A DNA stretch of 64,000 nucleotides. It comes from an uncultured bacterium (lineage in GTDB: Bacteria > Desulfobacterota_D > UBA1144 > Nemesobacterales > UBA2774). The position numbers and the translations under genes were made by a program. Positions 52,349 through 62,334 of this stretch are shown here, one piece after another; positions within the stretch are counted from its first letter, which is position 1; each line of letters opens with the position of its first letter. The notes under the pieces are model-generated. The model searched no databases, was not told the origin of the DNA, and saw only the letters and a program-made list of their open reading frames with translations. The DNA is taken from NCBI GenBank assembly GCA_963825135.1, contig CAWGRW010000009.1, positions 2,112,001 to 2,176,000 on the forward strand. The letters are read 5' to 3'.

Positions 52349-52444
52349 TTAGGAGTATTAGGATTACAAACCATTCCTGATTTCCCTTCCTTAACCAGGC
52401 TCCTCCCTTTCATTCCAGTTTTAGGCCCGTATGGGAGGTGTTTA

Positions 52445-53188
52445 ATGAAAGGTTCAGTCTGGAGAATATCGATGTATTCTTGCCTGGCGGCAGCTTTACT
52501 TTTCATCACTTTCGGATCTGCTTCGGCTGACACTCTGCTCGGAAGGGTCACGCTAATAAGAGACGACGGAAAGACGGACGTCTATCCTGTCGTTTCGGGG
52601 AAACGAATATCGTACGCCGAGAAGTCTCTTATAAGATTGTCAGGCGCTACATTCGTGGCCGAAGGCGGCTCCGCACTCGAGGTCCTTGACCGGGGCGAAG
52701 AGTTCGAAATCGGCATTGAAAGGGGAATCGTACACTTTAGAATACAGCCCCAGAGGGCCGTTATATCGTTCGTAACGACGGACGGCAGGTTCGACACCCC
52801 GAAGGTAGTCACGGCGGGAACATCAATGATCGAAGGAACGATCACCGTAGATAAGAACGGGACCGCGGTCGAGCTTGCGGACGGTTCCTTTTCTGTCCTC
52901 ACGCCCGAAGGTCTCAAGACCGTAAATGCGGGGGAAAGAATCGTGATCGCGCAGTCGAACATCGACGGGGAATCGACGGTCGAGACCGAAGACGTGGTCG
53001 CGGACACACCCGCTGAAGACGACACCACCAAACCCGAGGAAACCGGCGCGACCGGAAACAATGGGTCGGGCTACACGGCGGCTGCCGTGATGGGCACGGC
53101 GGTAGCGGGCTCGGTGGCGGGCGTTATTATCGGAGTAACAACCAGCAACGGAGGTGGCGGGGATTCGGTCGCGAGTCCTATAGAATGA
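52445..53188 (+). CDS. Secreted FecR-like beta protein with Gly-rich hydrophobic C-tail
   Basis: SD GGGAGG; signal peptide ASA|D; ERG.VHF...V.L.DG...V.AGE pattern; C-terminal hydrophobic helix + GGGG..SP. Confidence 0.65.
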   Translation: MKGSVWRISMYSCLAAALLFITFGSASADTLLGRVTLIRDDGKTDVYPVVSGKRISYAEKSLIRLSGATFVAEGGSALEVLDRGEEFEIGIERGIVHFRIQPQRAVISFVTTDGRFDTPKVVTAGTSMIEGTITVDKNGTAVELADGSFSVLTPEGLKTVNAGERIVIAQSNIDGESTVETEDVVADTPAEDDTTKPEETGATGNNGSGYTAAAVMGTAVAGSVAGVIIGVTTSNGGGGDSVASPIE

Positions 53189-53316
53189 AGGAAGAAGGAT
53201 AAAAAAATCCCGGGGTAGCAACATAGCCCCTGGCAATTAAGAGCTTCAAGCAGCATCGAGTATGGGGAATAGTTTGGGAATAGTTCTGGCGCTATTTCAA
53301 TTGGGAGGAGACTGCT

Positions 53317-54349
53317 GTGAAGATATATGCTGCATTAGTTGTGTTGGCGCTCCTTATGGCCTCATGCGTAGGGAGAAGCGCACCGAACCCCGCGTCGTAT
53401 GATGGGGGGGGGCAGGGTAATTCAAACGGCAGGAACAGCGGCGCCGTTGAAAAGCAAGAGGTGGATAACCTCAATACAAAACTGTTCAGCGAGACGTCCG
53501 AATCAGGCTTAAATCCGGACACGTATACGATAGGTCCTAACGACCTCCTCAAAGTAAAAGCAATAGAGTCCGACAAATTTACAACCACCGAACGCGTCGA
53601 CATGAACGGGGACATCAACCTCCCATTCCTCGATGACGTGAACGTCACGAACCTCACGCCTGTCCAGGCGGAGCAGAAAATAGAAGACCTACTTCAGGAA
53701 CAAGGGTTCATCAAGAACCCCCATGTCAATGTTTTCGTAGCCGAGCACAAGAGCAAAACCGTTTCCGTCCTCGGATATGTCAATGAACCGGGCAACTTCG
53801 AAATGTTCGGCGAAATGACCCTCCTCGACGCGCTGGCCATGGCGAAGGGGCTTGAAGACGGCGCGGGGACGCTGGCATACATAACGAGGACCCACAACGG
53901 CAGACAGGACAAAATAATGGTCGACCTGGACGATCTGCTGAAAATTGAGGATACGCGCCGGTCAGGGGAACATCCAGCTTCAGCCGGGCGACAAGGTATA
54001 CGTTCCTAAGGCCTCGAACGTTTTTGTGGACGGCGCGGTCAGGTCCCCCGGAAGTTACCCGATTAACGAGGGAGAGACGACTCTCAGCCAGGCGATAGTC
54101 ATGGCGGGCGGGGTCGCCAGTGTAGCCGATGAAGGCGACGTGAGCCTCGTACGATATAAGGGCACGGGGAAGAGGGAAGTCGTTAACGTGGACCTCGAGA
54201 GCATCCAGAAAGGAGCGGCCGAAGACCCGCTGCTCAATGAAAAGGACGCTATTGTCGTCGGTACGAACGGGTTCAAGAGCTTCTTCTACGGATTGAATTT
54301 CAACGTTTTCGGATTGGGCGGAGTGGGCTACAACCCCCCCGCCAGATGA
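53317..54349 (+). CDS. wza: Polysaccharide export lipoprotein (Wza/OPX; +1 frameshift near 53950)
   Basis: Lipobox MASC; YTIGPND, DINLPF and two SLBB domains across the shift (LQPGDKVYVP). Confidence 0.88.
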
Positions 54350-54373
54350 CGGAAAGGGAGCGAGAGGTGCAGT

Positions 54374-56672
54374 TTGAATAACGAGAACGGCAGGGAAATA
54401 ACGGAATATCAAGGCAGAAGCCTCAAGGAAAGGCACGACGGACTCCCGGCGGCCGAGTTCAGGAGGGAGACGGAAATCCGTTCTTTCGAAGAAGAGTTCA
54501 GCCTGAGCGATTTCCTGGATATCCTCCGGAAGAGGAAATGGATAATAATCCTTGTGCTCACCCTTTCTGTAGTTACGGTGCTCATCGTGTCTCTCCTCAT
54601 GACGCCTGAGTACAAGGCCGAGATAACGCTCGAAATATCACCCGACAACCCGAAGATAACGACGTTCGAAGAAGTAGTCGAGCTCGACGCGCCGCAGGCG
54701 GAATTCTACGAAACCCAGTACAAGCTCATCAAGAGCAGGTCACTCGCGGAGGAGGTCTCGAAGGCCCTCGATCTATCGAAGAACCCGGAGTTCGAGCCCG
54801 GGAGGAAAGGGCTGTTATACTCGCTCACAGGCTCGTTAAAGACGTTCTTTTCGCCGGCCAAGCCGGTAAATCCGAAAGGCGCGGCATCGGAAAACCGTAT
54901 ACGCGGGCAGAAAATAACGGACGAATTCATGAAAAGGATCAACATCGAGCCCGACAGGAAGTCGAGGCTCGTGAAGGTGAGCTTCCTCAGCAGAGACCCC
55001 GAGTTCTCGGCCACGGCCGTAAACACGCTCGGGGACAAATACATCGAGTGGCTCCTCGAAAGGAGGCTCGACGCGACCAGGGCCGCGAGGAAATTCCTCG
55101 AAAAGCAGCTCGCCCAGGTAAAAGCGAATCTGGAGAGGGCCGAAGAAGATCTCAATCAATTTTCGAAGGCCGCCGACATAATATCCCTCGATACAAACCT
55201 GAACCTAACCTATAAGCAGCTTGCGGAGCTTAACGATGCCCTGGCGAAGTCGGAGAACGAGAGGCTGGCGAAAGAGGCTTATTACGAGGAAATAAAGAAA
55301 GGGAACTACGACTACCTCCCTCAGGTTGTGAGCGACGAGTCCCTGCAGGACCTGAACGAGGAGTACGTGAAGGTCAAAGCGGAATACGACAACCTGAACG
55401 TCATTTACGGGCCCAACTACCCGGACATCAAGCAGCTCGGAGCTAAACTCGCGAGTATGAAAACCGACATAGAGAAGCGCACCAACGGCATTGCCGAGAG
55501 CATTAACAAAGAGTACGAGACTGCCTTGAGAACTGAAAATATTATGAAAAAAAGAACAGAGGAGCAGAGACAGAGGGCGTCCGTGCTCAACGACAAAGCC
55601 ATACAGTACAAGATACTGGATAGGGAAGTCGAAACGAACAAGTCTGTATACCAGAGTCTCCTTCAGAGGCTGAAGGAGGCGGAGGTAACCTCGGGCAGCA
55701 AGGCGACTAATATCCAGATCGTCGACTACGCCACCGTCCCGCTCCTGCCCTACAGTCCGAACATCCTTCTCAACCTCCTTATAGCCGTCTTCGCAGGACT
55801 GTCGGGCGGGGTTTTCCTCGCATTCGTGATGAACCATTTCGACAAGACCATAAAGGACGAAGAGGAGCTCAAGAAAAGTTTCTCGATACCGTTCCTGGGC
55901 GGGGTACCGCTCGTTTCGAGCCACGAGCTCGGCAACGTCAATATAGAGCAAATTTCCCATACGAACCCCATGTCGATAGTGTCGGAATCTTTCCTGTGTC
56001 ATAAGGACGTCGGTCCTTTTCGCGTCTCCGGACAGCCGGGCGAAGTCGCTTCTCGTTACGAGCAGCCAGCCGCTCGAGGGCAAGACGACCTGCACGTCGA
56101 ATCTCGCCATCTCGCTTACGCAGTCGGGGTACAGAGTCATACTCGTAGACGCCGACATGAGGCGCCCGCGCCTGAGCAAGGTTTACAGGAACGGAGCCGG
56201 AGGCAACGGTGCGGGGCTTAGCACATACCTTATAGGCAAATACACTCTGGAAGAAGCGATCAGGCAGACGGAGATAAACGGCCTCAGCATCATTATGTCC
56301 GGGGCGATACCGCCCAATCCCGCGGAGCTGCTGGGCTCGGAAAGGATGAAGGAACTCGTCCGCACGCTCCAGAGCGAGTACGACATCGTACTCATCGACG
56401 GCCCTCCGGTGGTGGGCTTCGCCGACTCCCAGCTCCTGGCCAGAGCAGTCGACGGAGTGCTGATAGTAACCAGTACGGGCATCACTCAGAGAAAGGCGCT
56501 CCAGCTGACCTTGGAGGAGATCCGCAAGGTTCAGGGACGGATAATCGGAGCAATCGTGAACAGGCTCGACTCGGGGTCGGGCAGGTATAAATACAGCAAT
56601 TATTATTACGGTGACAGGGATGCAAAAACACTCAAGATACAAAAGCCAGCCGCTGGCGCTGATAACGCTTAG
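54374..56672 (+). CDS. wzc: Polysaccharide co-polymerase / BY-kinase (Wzc; +1 frameshift near 55995)
   Basis: Wzz-like N-terminal part; the shifted frame has SSQPLEGKTT, DADMRRP, PPNPAELL, IDGPP and the Tyr cluster YKYSNYYY. Confidence 0.92.
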
Positions 56673-57852
56673 TGCTCTCGCGATCGCCCTCGCGGTAAGG
56701 CTCGGGTATTCCTCCGAGCTTTCCTTAGCCGGGGACGCCCGGTCGCTCGAGCGGAGCGTATCGCTCGACGGGTGGAACGCCGAGGCGAAATATAGGCTCG
56801 CGAGGCTTTACCATCTGAACATGAGCGGTGAGGATAACACCGTAAGGGCGCTTTATACGCAGTCCCTCCTCGGTAGCCCGCTCCTCGCCCTTTCCTGGCT
56901 CGGGCTCGCGGAGCTCTACGCGGACGCGGGCGAAAACGCGAAGGCGAGGGCTGTACTCGAGAGGGCCGATGAAATAATCCCGTCCTCGATCGGGCTCCTC
57001 TGGGAATCCTCCATGCTGTCCCTCTCCCTGGGCGATGTGCGGCAGGCGCTGGGGAAGCTGAGAAAGGTTGCGAAGGCGGACCCGGCGAGAAGGCGGATGG
57101 TATTCGAAATATGCCGGGATATCGGCGCAGACCCGCGCGTGGTACTCGATACGGTCGTATCGGTCGAAGCTCTCCCGGACTATCTCCAGTACCTGATAGG
57201 AATGGACATGAAGGCCGAGACTTATCCGGTCTGGGAACGTGCGGTGCGGGAAGGAGCGGTCCCCGTCGGGCTCGTTCTCAACTACGTGGATTACCTGATA
57301 AGCAGGGACGACGTCGTTAAGGCGAAGTCCATATGGGACGGTATCTATCCCGGAGCGGACACGGGCTCCGCGGTATGGAACGGCGGGTTCGAGAAGGATA
57401 CGGAAAGCAGGGGATTTGACTGGAGAATAATAAAGACGGACGGGGTAGAGGCGGATTACGATTACAGAAACAAAACCGAAGGCGAAAGGTCGCTCAGGCT
57501 TAAGTTCTCGGGCGACAAGAATGTCGATTTTTATCATGTATACCAAGTAGTCCCTGTCGAGCCCGGATCTCACTACATGCTGATGTCCGACATCGCGACA
57601 GACGGCATAACCACTCGAAACGGCATAGTGTGGGAAGTTTATTGTCACAGCATGGACGCGCTGTCGGAAGTTTATACGGGCACGGTCGGTTGGACTCGGG
57701 CTAGCGTCGCATTCGATACCCCGGCAGGGTGCAATTACGTCGGTATAAGGCTGAGGAGGTTCAAGAGCGGCAAGCTCGACAGCCTGATCTCCGGCGAGGC
57801 GTGGATAGACAACGTTAATCTGGTCAATTTAGGGCCCGCGACGGACGCATGA
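56620..57852 (+). CDS. TPR-like protein with C-terminal carbohydrate-binding-like domain
   Basis: N-terminal TM segment, helical repeats, then NGGFE..FDW...AWIDNV.L. Confidence 0.7.
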   Translation: MQKHSRYKSQPLALITLSALAIALAVRLGYSSELSLAGDARSLERSVSLDGWNAEAKYRLARLYHLNMSGEDNTVRALYTQSLLGSPLLALSWLGLAELYADAGENAKARAVLERADEIIPSSIGLLWESSMLSLSLGDVRQALGKLRKVAKADPARRRMVFEICRDIGADPRVVLDTVVSVEALPDYLQYLIGMDMKAETYPVWERAVREGAVPVGLVLNYVDYLISRDDVVKAKSIWDGIYPGADTGSAVWNGGFEKDTESRGFDWRIIKTDGVEADYDYRNKTEGERSLRLKFSGDKNVDFYHVYQVVPVEPGSHYMLMSDIATDGITTRNGIVWEVYCHSMDALSEVYTGTVGWTRASVAFDTPAGCNYVGIRLRRFKSGKLDSLISGEAWIDNVNLVNLGPATDA

Positions 57853-58433
57853 AAATGAAAACCGATGAAGTTAGAACCGGCGTATTCAGGAACGATTTAA
57901 TGCTCAAAGGCAGAGACATAGAAGAAGCTGTCGCGGGTGAGGACACAAGGAGCTGGTTCGCGGTCTATACGAAGTCCAGGCACGAGAAGAAGGTGACCTG
58001 GTATCTCCAGGACAAGGATGTGGAAACTTTTCTTCCGCTCAGGGAGGTGCTCGTGCGCTGGAAGGACCGGAACAAGCAGGTGTTCGTCCCGTTATACCCC
58101 GGTTACCTCTTCGTCAGGATCGACCCGCAAATGAGGCTGAACGTGCTCAACACGAAAGGTGTCGTATGCATATTGGGAAATAACGGCTCTCCGGTGCCGG
58201 TCCCCGAGCCGGAGATCGAGTCGACAAGAAGACTCATCAAATCGGGGCTCGGATTCCTTCCCTTCCCTTACGAGATTGAGGGGAAGGAAGTGCTTATTCT
58301 GAGGGGCCCCCTCGAGGGGGTGAGGGGGAAGGTTCTCTTCACAAGAGGCGGCTGCAATTTGATTTTGTCCGTAAATCTGATCCGGCGTTCGGTATCCGTC
58401 GAAGTAGACGCTAACGACGTGGAATTTGTCTGA
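57849..58433 (+). CDS. Specialised NusG paralog (UpxY/RfaH/LoaP-like antiterminator)
   Basis: WFAVYTKSRHEKKV, PLYPGYLFV and KOW-like GPLEGVRG. Confidence 0.9.
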   Translation: MKMKTDEVRTGVFRNDLMLKGRDIEEAVAGEDTRSWFAVYTKSRHEKKVTWYLQDKDVETFLPLREVLVRWKDRNKQVFVPLYPGYLFVRIDPQMRLNVLNTKGVVCILGNNGSPVPVPEPEIESTRRLIKSGLGFLPFPYEIEGKEVLILRGPLEGVRGKVLFTRGGCNLILSVNLIRRSVSVEVDANDVEFV

Positions 58434-58709
58434 CACCTGGCGAGTCTGACAAAGAACGGGTCTGCAGAGTTTTTTTTGACTTGAATGTGACTGAGGAAGC
58501 GAAGCTTTATTGCATATACAACCGGGCGGGCTCACCCGGACCCGCAGCATCCATTCCGGTTCGGTAAACCGATCGTATCGAGAATCGTACCACGAAGAGT
58601 AACGAAATCTCTTAAATCGGGCAGTTGACGCCGCGGGCTTCTTGCGTCCGCCGCTCGATCAATCACTTAGAAATCCGCAGGGCAAACAATAAAAAAGGAG
58701 GCGGCAAAT

Positions 58710-59927
58710 ATGCGCGTACTCATAGCAGGAGTGGACGGTTATCTGGGATGGCCGCTCGCGATGTATCTCACTAAAAGAGGACACACGGTCGCGGGCGCCG
58801 ATAATTACTACAGGAGGGACTGGGTGCAGGAGATGGGTTCACAGTCCGCGACGCCGATACGGAGGATGACGGAGAGGCTCGAGGCGTTCCGGGAGAACTT
58901 CGACAGGAACCTCAGGTTCTTCAAGGGAGACCTGACGAACTACAATTTCGTAGAGAACATATTCAGGGGTTTCAAACCGGAGGCGATAGTCCACCTGGGA
59001 GAGATGCCCTCCGCGCCTTACAGCATGATAGACGTCGAGCACACCACGTGGACGCAGGTGAACAATATCGTGGGCACGCTCAACATCCTCTACGCGATGA
59101 GGGACGTATGCCCCGAAGCTCATCTCGTGAAGCTCGGCACAATGGGTGAGTACGGTACACCTAATATGGATATCCCCGAGGGCTTCTTCGAGATCGAGTT
59201 CAGGGGAAAAAAAGACAGGCTCCCCTTCCCGAGACAGGCCGGCAGCTGGTACCACCAGACCAAGGTGCATGATTCCAACAACGTCATGTTCGCCTGCAGG
59301 GTTTGGGGCATCCGATCCACCGACATAATGCAGGGTGTGGTATACGGGACCCGTATCGACGAGATGGGAGACGACGAGCGCCTGCTCACGCGCTTCGATT
59401 TCAACCAGAGCTTCGGGACCGCAATAAATAGATTCTGCTGTCAGGCGGTCGTCGGCGAACCGATATCTCCTTTCGGCAGGGGCCACCAGAAAAGGGGGTT
59501 CCTCGCGCTTCGGGACTCGATGCAGTGTCTGACCATAGCGCTCGAAAACCCGCCCCGGGCGGGCGAATACAGGGTATTCAACCAGTTCCAGGAGGTCTGC
59601 GACATAACGGAGCTGGCGGAGATAGTCGCCGGGGTCGCGGAATCCCGCGGGATTAGAACCGAGATACGCAACATCGAGAACCCCCGGAAGGAGATGGAAG
59701 ACCATTACTACAACCCCGACCACCGGCACCTGCTCGACCTCGGTTATAAACCGGTGTCGGACATGGACGGGGAGATATCGGTCATGCTCGGGGACTTGAT
59801 GAAATACCGGGACAGGATCGAGGCTCGCCGCGAGGTGCTCATCCCGGACGTAAGGTGGGACGGGAGGAGGGAAAAATGCTCCTACATAGAACCAGTAGCG
59901 AGAATAAAAAAAATACGCGCAGTATGA
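58710..59927 (+). CDS. sqdB: UDP-sulfoquinovose synthase
   Basis: GVDGYLGWP, SAPYSM, HLVKLGTMGEYG, GSWYHQTK and QGVVYG. Confidence 0.92.
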   Translation: MRVLIAGVDGYLGWPLAMYLTKRGHTVAGADNYYRRDWVQEMGSQSATPIRRMTERLEAFRENFDRNLRFFKGDLTNYNFVENIFRGFKPEAIVHLGEMPSAPYSMIDVEHTTWTQVNNIVGTLNILYAMRDVCPEAHLVKLGTMGEYGTPNMDIPEGFFEIEFRGKKDRLPFPRQAGSWYHQTKVHDSNNVMFACRVWGIRSTDIMQGVVYGTRIDEMGDDERLLTRFDFNQSFGTAINRFCCQAVVGEPISPFGRGHQKRGFLALRDSMQCLTIALENPPRAGEYRVFNQFQEVCDITELAEIVAGVAESRGIRTEIRNIENPRKEMEDHYYNPDHRHLLDLGYKPVSDMDGEISVMLGDLMKYRDRIEARREVLIPDVRWDGRREKCSYIEPVARIKKIRAV

Positions 59928-59937
59928 GGTAAAACGG

Positions 59938-60930
59938 ATGAAAATACTGATCACGGGCGGCTGCGGATTCATCGGATCAAACCTAATCGACCTGCTCCTC
60001 AGCTCGGGCAGACACGAAATCTCGATACTCGACAACCTTTCCGCAGGCAATATCAGGTACTTAAAAGAGATACTCGACTCTCGTAAATTAGGCTTATCGT
60101 ACGTCGATTTCACGAAGGGCGATATAAGAAGCATGTCGACGGTAAAACAGGCGTGCAAAGGGGTTCATGCAGTGGTACATCTGGCGGCCCACGCGGGCGT
60201 CGTGGCATCGGTCGAAAACCCCTACTACGACGCAGAGGTGAACGTCTCCGGCACGCTCAATCTTCTCGGGGCAGCCCGTAATGCGGGAGTCGGGAAGTTC
60301 GTATTCGCATCATCAAACGCCGTTCTCGGAGTCCAGTCGCCCCCCATGGACGAGGAGAAGGCGCCGCGCCCGCTCGCGCCTTACGGCGCGGGCAAGCTCG
60401 CGGGAGAGGCCTACTGCTCGGCCTACTGGGGCTCTTACGGTCTCCCGACCGTTACGCTCCGCTTCTCGAACGTTTACGGACCCTGGAGTCTCCACAAAAC
60501 GAGCGTCGTCTCGAGGTTTATTAAAGAGGGGATGTCGAACGGCGTCTTCACGATATACGGCGACGGCTCGCAGACGAGGGACTTCATACACTCGGAAGAT
60601 GTCTGCAGGGTGATTGCGAGGGTGATCGAATCCGATTCGGAGGATATCCGAGGGGAAACCTTCCAGCTGGGGACCGGGACGGAGACTAAAATAATCGAGC
60701 TTGCGGAAATCATAAAGGGGTTCTTCCGCGGCGGTGTCAGGATCGCGCATGAGCCCGGCAGGGCCGGAGAAATCAGCAGGAATTATTCAAACATAGGGAA
60801 GGCCGTCAAAAGGCTTGGCTTCAGGCCTTCCGTCACACTCGAAGAAGGGGTAAAAAGGGTGTTCGAGTGGTTTGTGTACCAGGGCACTGAGACGGTAAAG
60901 AAAGCGGTCGCGGTATCGGGGAGCGACTGA
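59938..60930 (+). CDS. NAD-dependent nucleotide-sugar epimerase/dehydratase
   Basis: TGGCGFIG, YGAGK, RFSNVYGP and QTRDF. Confidence 0.92.
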   Translation: MKILITGGCGFIGSNLIDLLLSSGRHEISILDNLSAGNIRYLKEILDSRKLGLSYVDFTKGDIRSMSTVKQACKGVHAVVHLAAHAGVVASVENPYYDAEVNVSGTLNLLGAARNAGVGKFVFASSNAVLGVQSPPMDEEKAPRPLAPYGAGKLAGEAYCSAYWGSYGLPTVTLRFSNVYGPWSLHKTSVVSRFIKEGMSNGVFTIYGDGSQTRDFIHSEDVCRVIARVIESDSEDIRGETFQLGTGTETKIIELAEIIKGFFRGGVRIAHEPGRAGEISRNYSNIGKAVKRLGFRPSVTLEEGVKRVFEWFVYQGTETVKKAVAVSGSD

Positions 60931-60993
60931 GGAATATCAACCACTGAGGAATATCAACCACTGAGGCATATCAACCACTGAGGTATATCAACC
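60926..60993 (+). repeat. Intergenic 17-bp tandem repeat x4
   Basis: ACTGAGG[A/A/C/T]ATATCAACC in four contiguous copies. Confidence 0.95.
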
Positions 60994-61018
60994 AAGGAAA
61001 GACTGACATCAGGGGCTA

Positions 61019-62299
61019 ATGAAGATGCAGAGCATAAACGGCGTAATCGCTTCAGAGAAGATTAAAGTAAAAAGCGTGGCCGAACGGGTCATTTCGAACT
61101 TCGCGTGGTCTATGCTGAGCGAGTCGACGGGCAAAGGTCTTTTCTTTATCACCACGCTCTACCTGGCGAGGACACTGGGGGTAGAGAATTTCGGTATCTT
61201 CACTCTCGCCCAGACCTTCACATTCTACTTCTGGGGGGCGGTCGATCTCGGCACGAACATGTACGGCATCAGGGAGATAGCGAAGAACAAAGTCGGTGTA
61301 GAGGCTATAATCAATCCGCTCCTCACGTTAAGGATAACCGTCGGGTTCGCGGTTTTCCTCCTCTACGCGCTGTCGCTCAGTCTTATCGATATGCCGGAGG
61401 TTAAGAGACTCGTCTTCACCGGCTGCGGACTTTATCTCCTCACTTATGCCTTCTACCCGGATTGGATATTCAAGGGGCTCGAGAATTTCAGGTACATATC
61501 CCTGGGGAGTCTGGCGTCTTCTTTATTCTTCCTGGCGGCGACCCTCTCTTTCGTCAGGGGAGGCCAGAACCTCATAACCGCCTCGTTCGTCTGGTCCGTC
61601 TCTTACCTCCTCGGGAGCTCAGTCCTCTTCTACTGCCTTCTCAGGAAATTAGGCATCAGGTTCAGGCCGGACTTCAATTTCAAGTCCTGGCGTATGCACC
61701 TGAGGGAATCGGTATTTTTCCAGCTTTCCGGCACGCTGATAATGCTCACCCAATACGTGCCCGTCCTGCTCCTCGGTTTATTCTTCAACGATTATACCGT
61801 CGGGCTCTTTTCAGCCCCCTACAGGATAGTGGTTTTCGTATGTCATTCCGGTTTCTTAATAATGATGTCCGTCTACCCTGTCCTGTCCGATCTACACGAC
61901 AGAGACAACGGCCGCTTCATTAAAACGCAACTGAGCTTCCTCAAGCTTATGCTGCCTGCCGGCCTCAGTCTTGCGATCATAGGGACCGTCTTCGGAGACT
62001 TCATCGTCAAGACGGCGCTTGGAGAGCAGTATCTTCAGGCATCCGGCGTGTTCAAGCTGATAGTGTGGCTGATACCGATCTATTTCATAAGGTATGTGTA
62101 CGGCACCTCGCTCCAGATAACCGGAAAGCAAAGACTCCATACGGCGTCTTCATTCGCCGGACTCTTAATAATGGTCACGGTGGGAGTTTTATTGACATTT
62201 AATCTCGGTCTCAAGGGAGCGGCCGCCACTATCCTCCTCTCCGAATCGACGTGCCTGGCCATGATTTTATATTTTTCTAGATCGGAACTGATGGGATAG
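61019..62299 (+). CDS. wzx: Wzx-type flippase
   Basis: YLARTLG.ENFG, DLG...GIREIA and VGLFSAPYRI; many TM segments. Confidence 0.9.
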   Translation: MKMQSINGVIASEKIKVKSVAERVISNFAWSMLSESTGKGLFFITTLYLARTLGVENFGIFTLAQTFTFYFWGAVDLGTNMYGIREIAKNKVGVEAIINPLLTLRITVGFAVFLLYALSLSLIDMPEVKRLVFTGCGLYLLTYAFYPDWIFKGLENFRYISLGSLASSLFFLAATLSFVRGGQNLITASFVWSVSYLLGSSVLFYCLLRKLGIRFRPDFNFKSWRMHLRESVFFQLSGTLIMLTQYVPVLLLGLFFNDYTVGLFSAPYRIVVFVCHSGFLIMMSVYPVLSDLHDRDNGRFIKTQLSFLKLMLPAGLSLAIIGTVFGDFIVKTALGEQYLQASGVFKLIVWLIPIYFIRYVYGTSLQITGKQRLHTASSFAGLLIMVTVGVLLTFNLGLKGAAATILLSESTCLAMILYFSRSELMG

Positions 62300-62334
62300 T
62301 TTTTAAAAACGTAAATAAGGATTCCGTACCCGAC

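Noticed and set aside
53098..53109. ops-like GGCGGTAG for the NusG paralog
   Set aside because: It lies inside coding sequence, lacks the downstream TG, and an 8-mer match is expected by chance in 64 kb.
58839..60158. Long antisense ORFs (also 39058..40158, 23603..24640, 46288..47316, 7433..8455)
   Set aside because: These are shadow frames opposite well-supported genes and show no motifs.
60926..60993. Possible CRISPR array
   Set aside because: The 17-bp units are contiguous with no spacers, and there are no cas genes.
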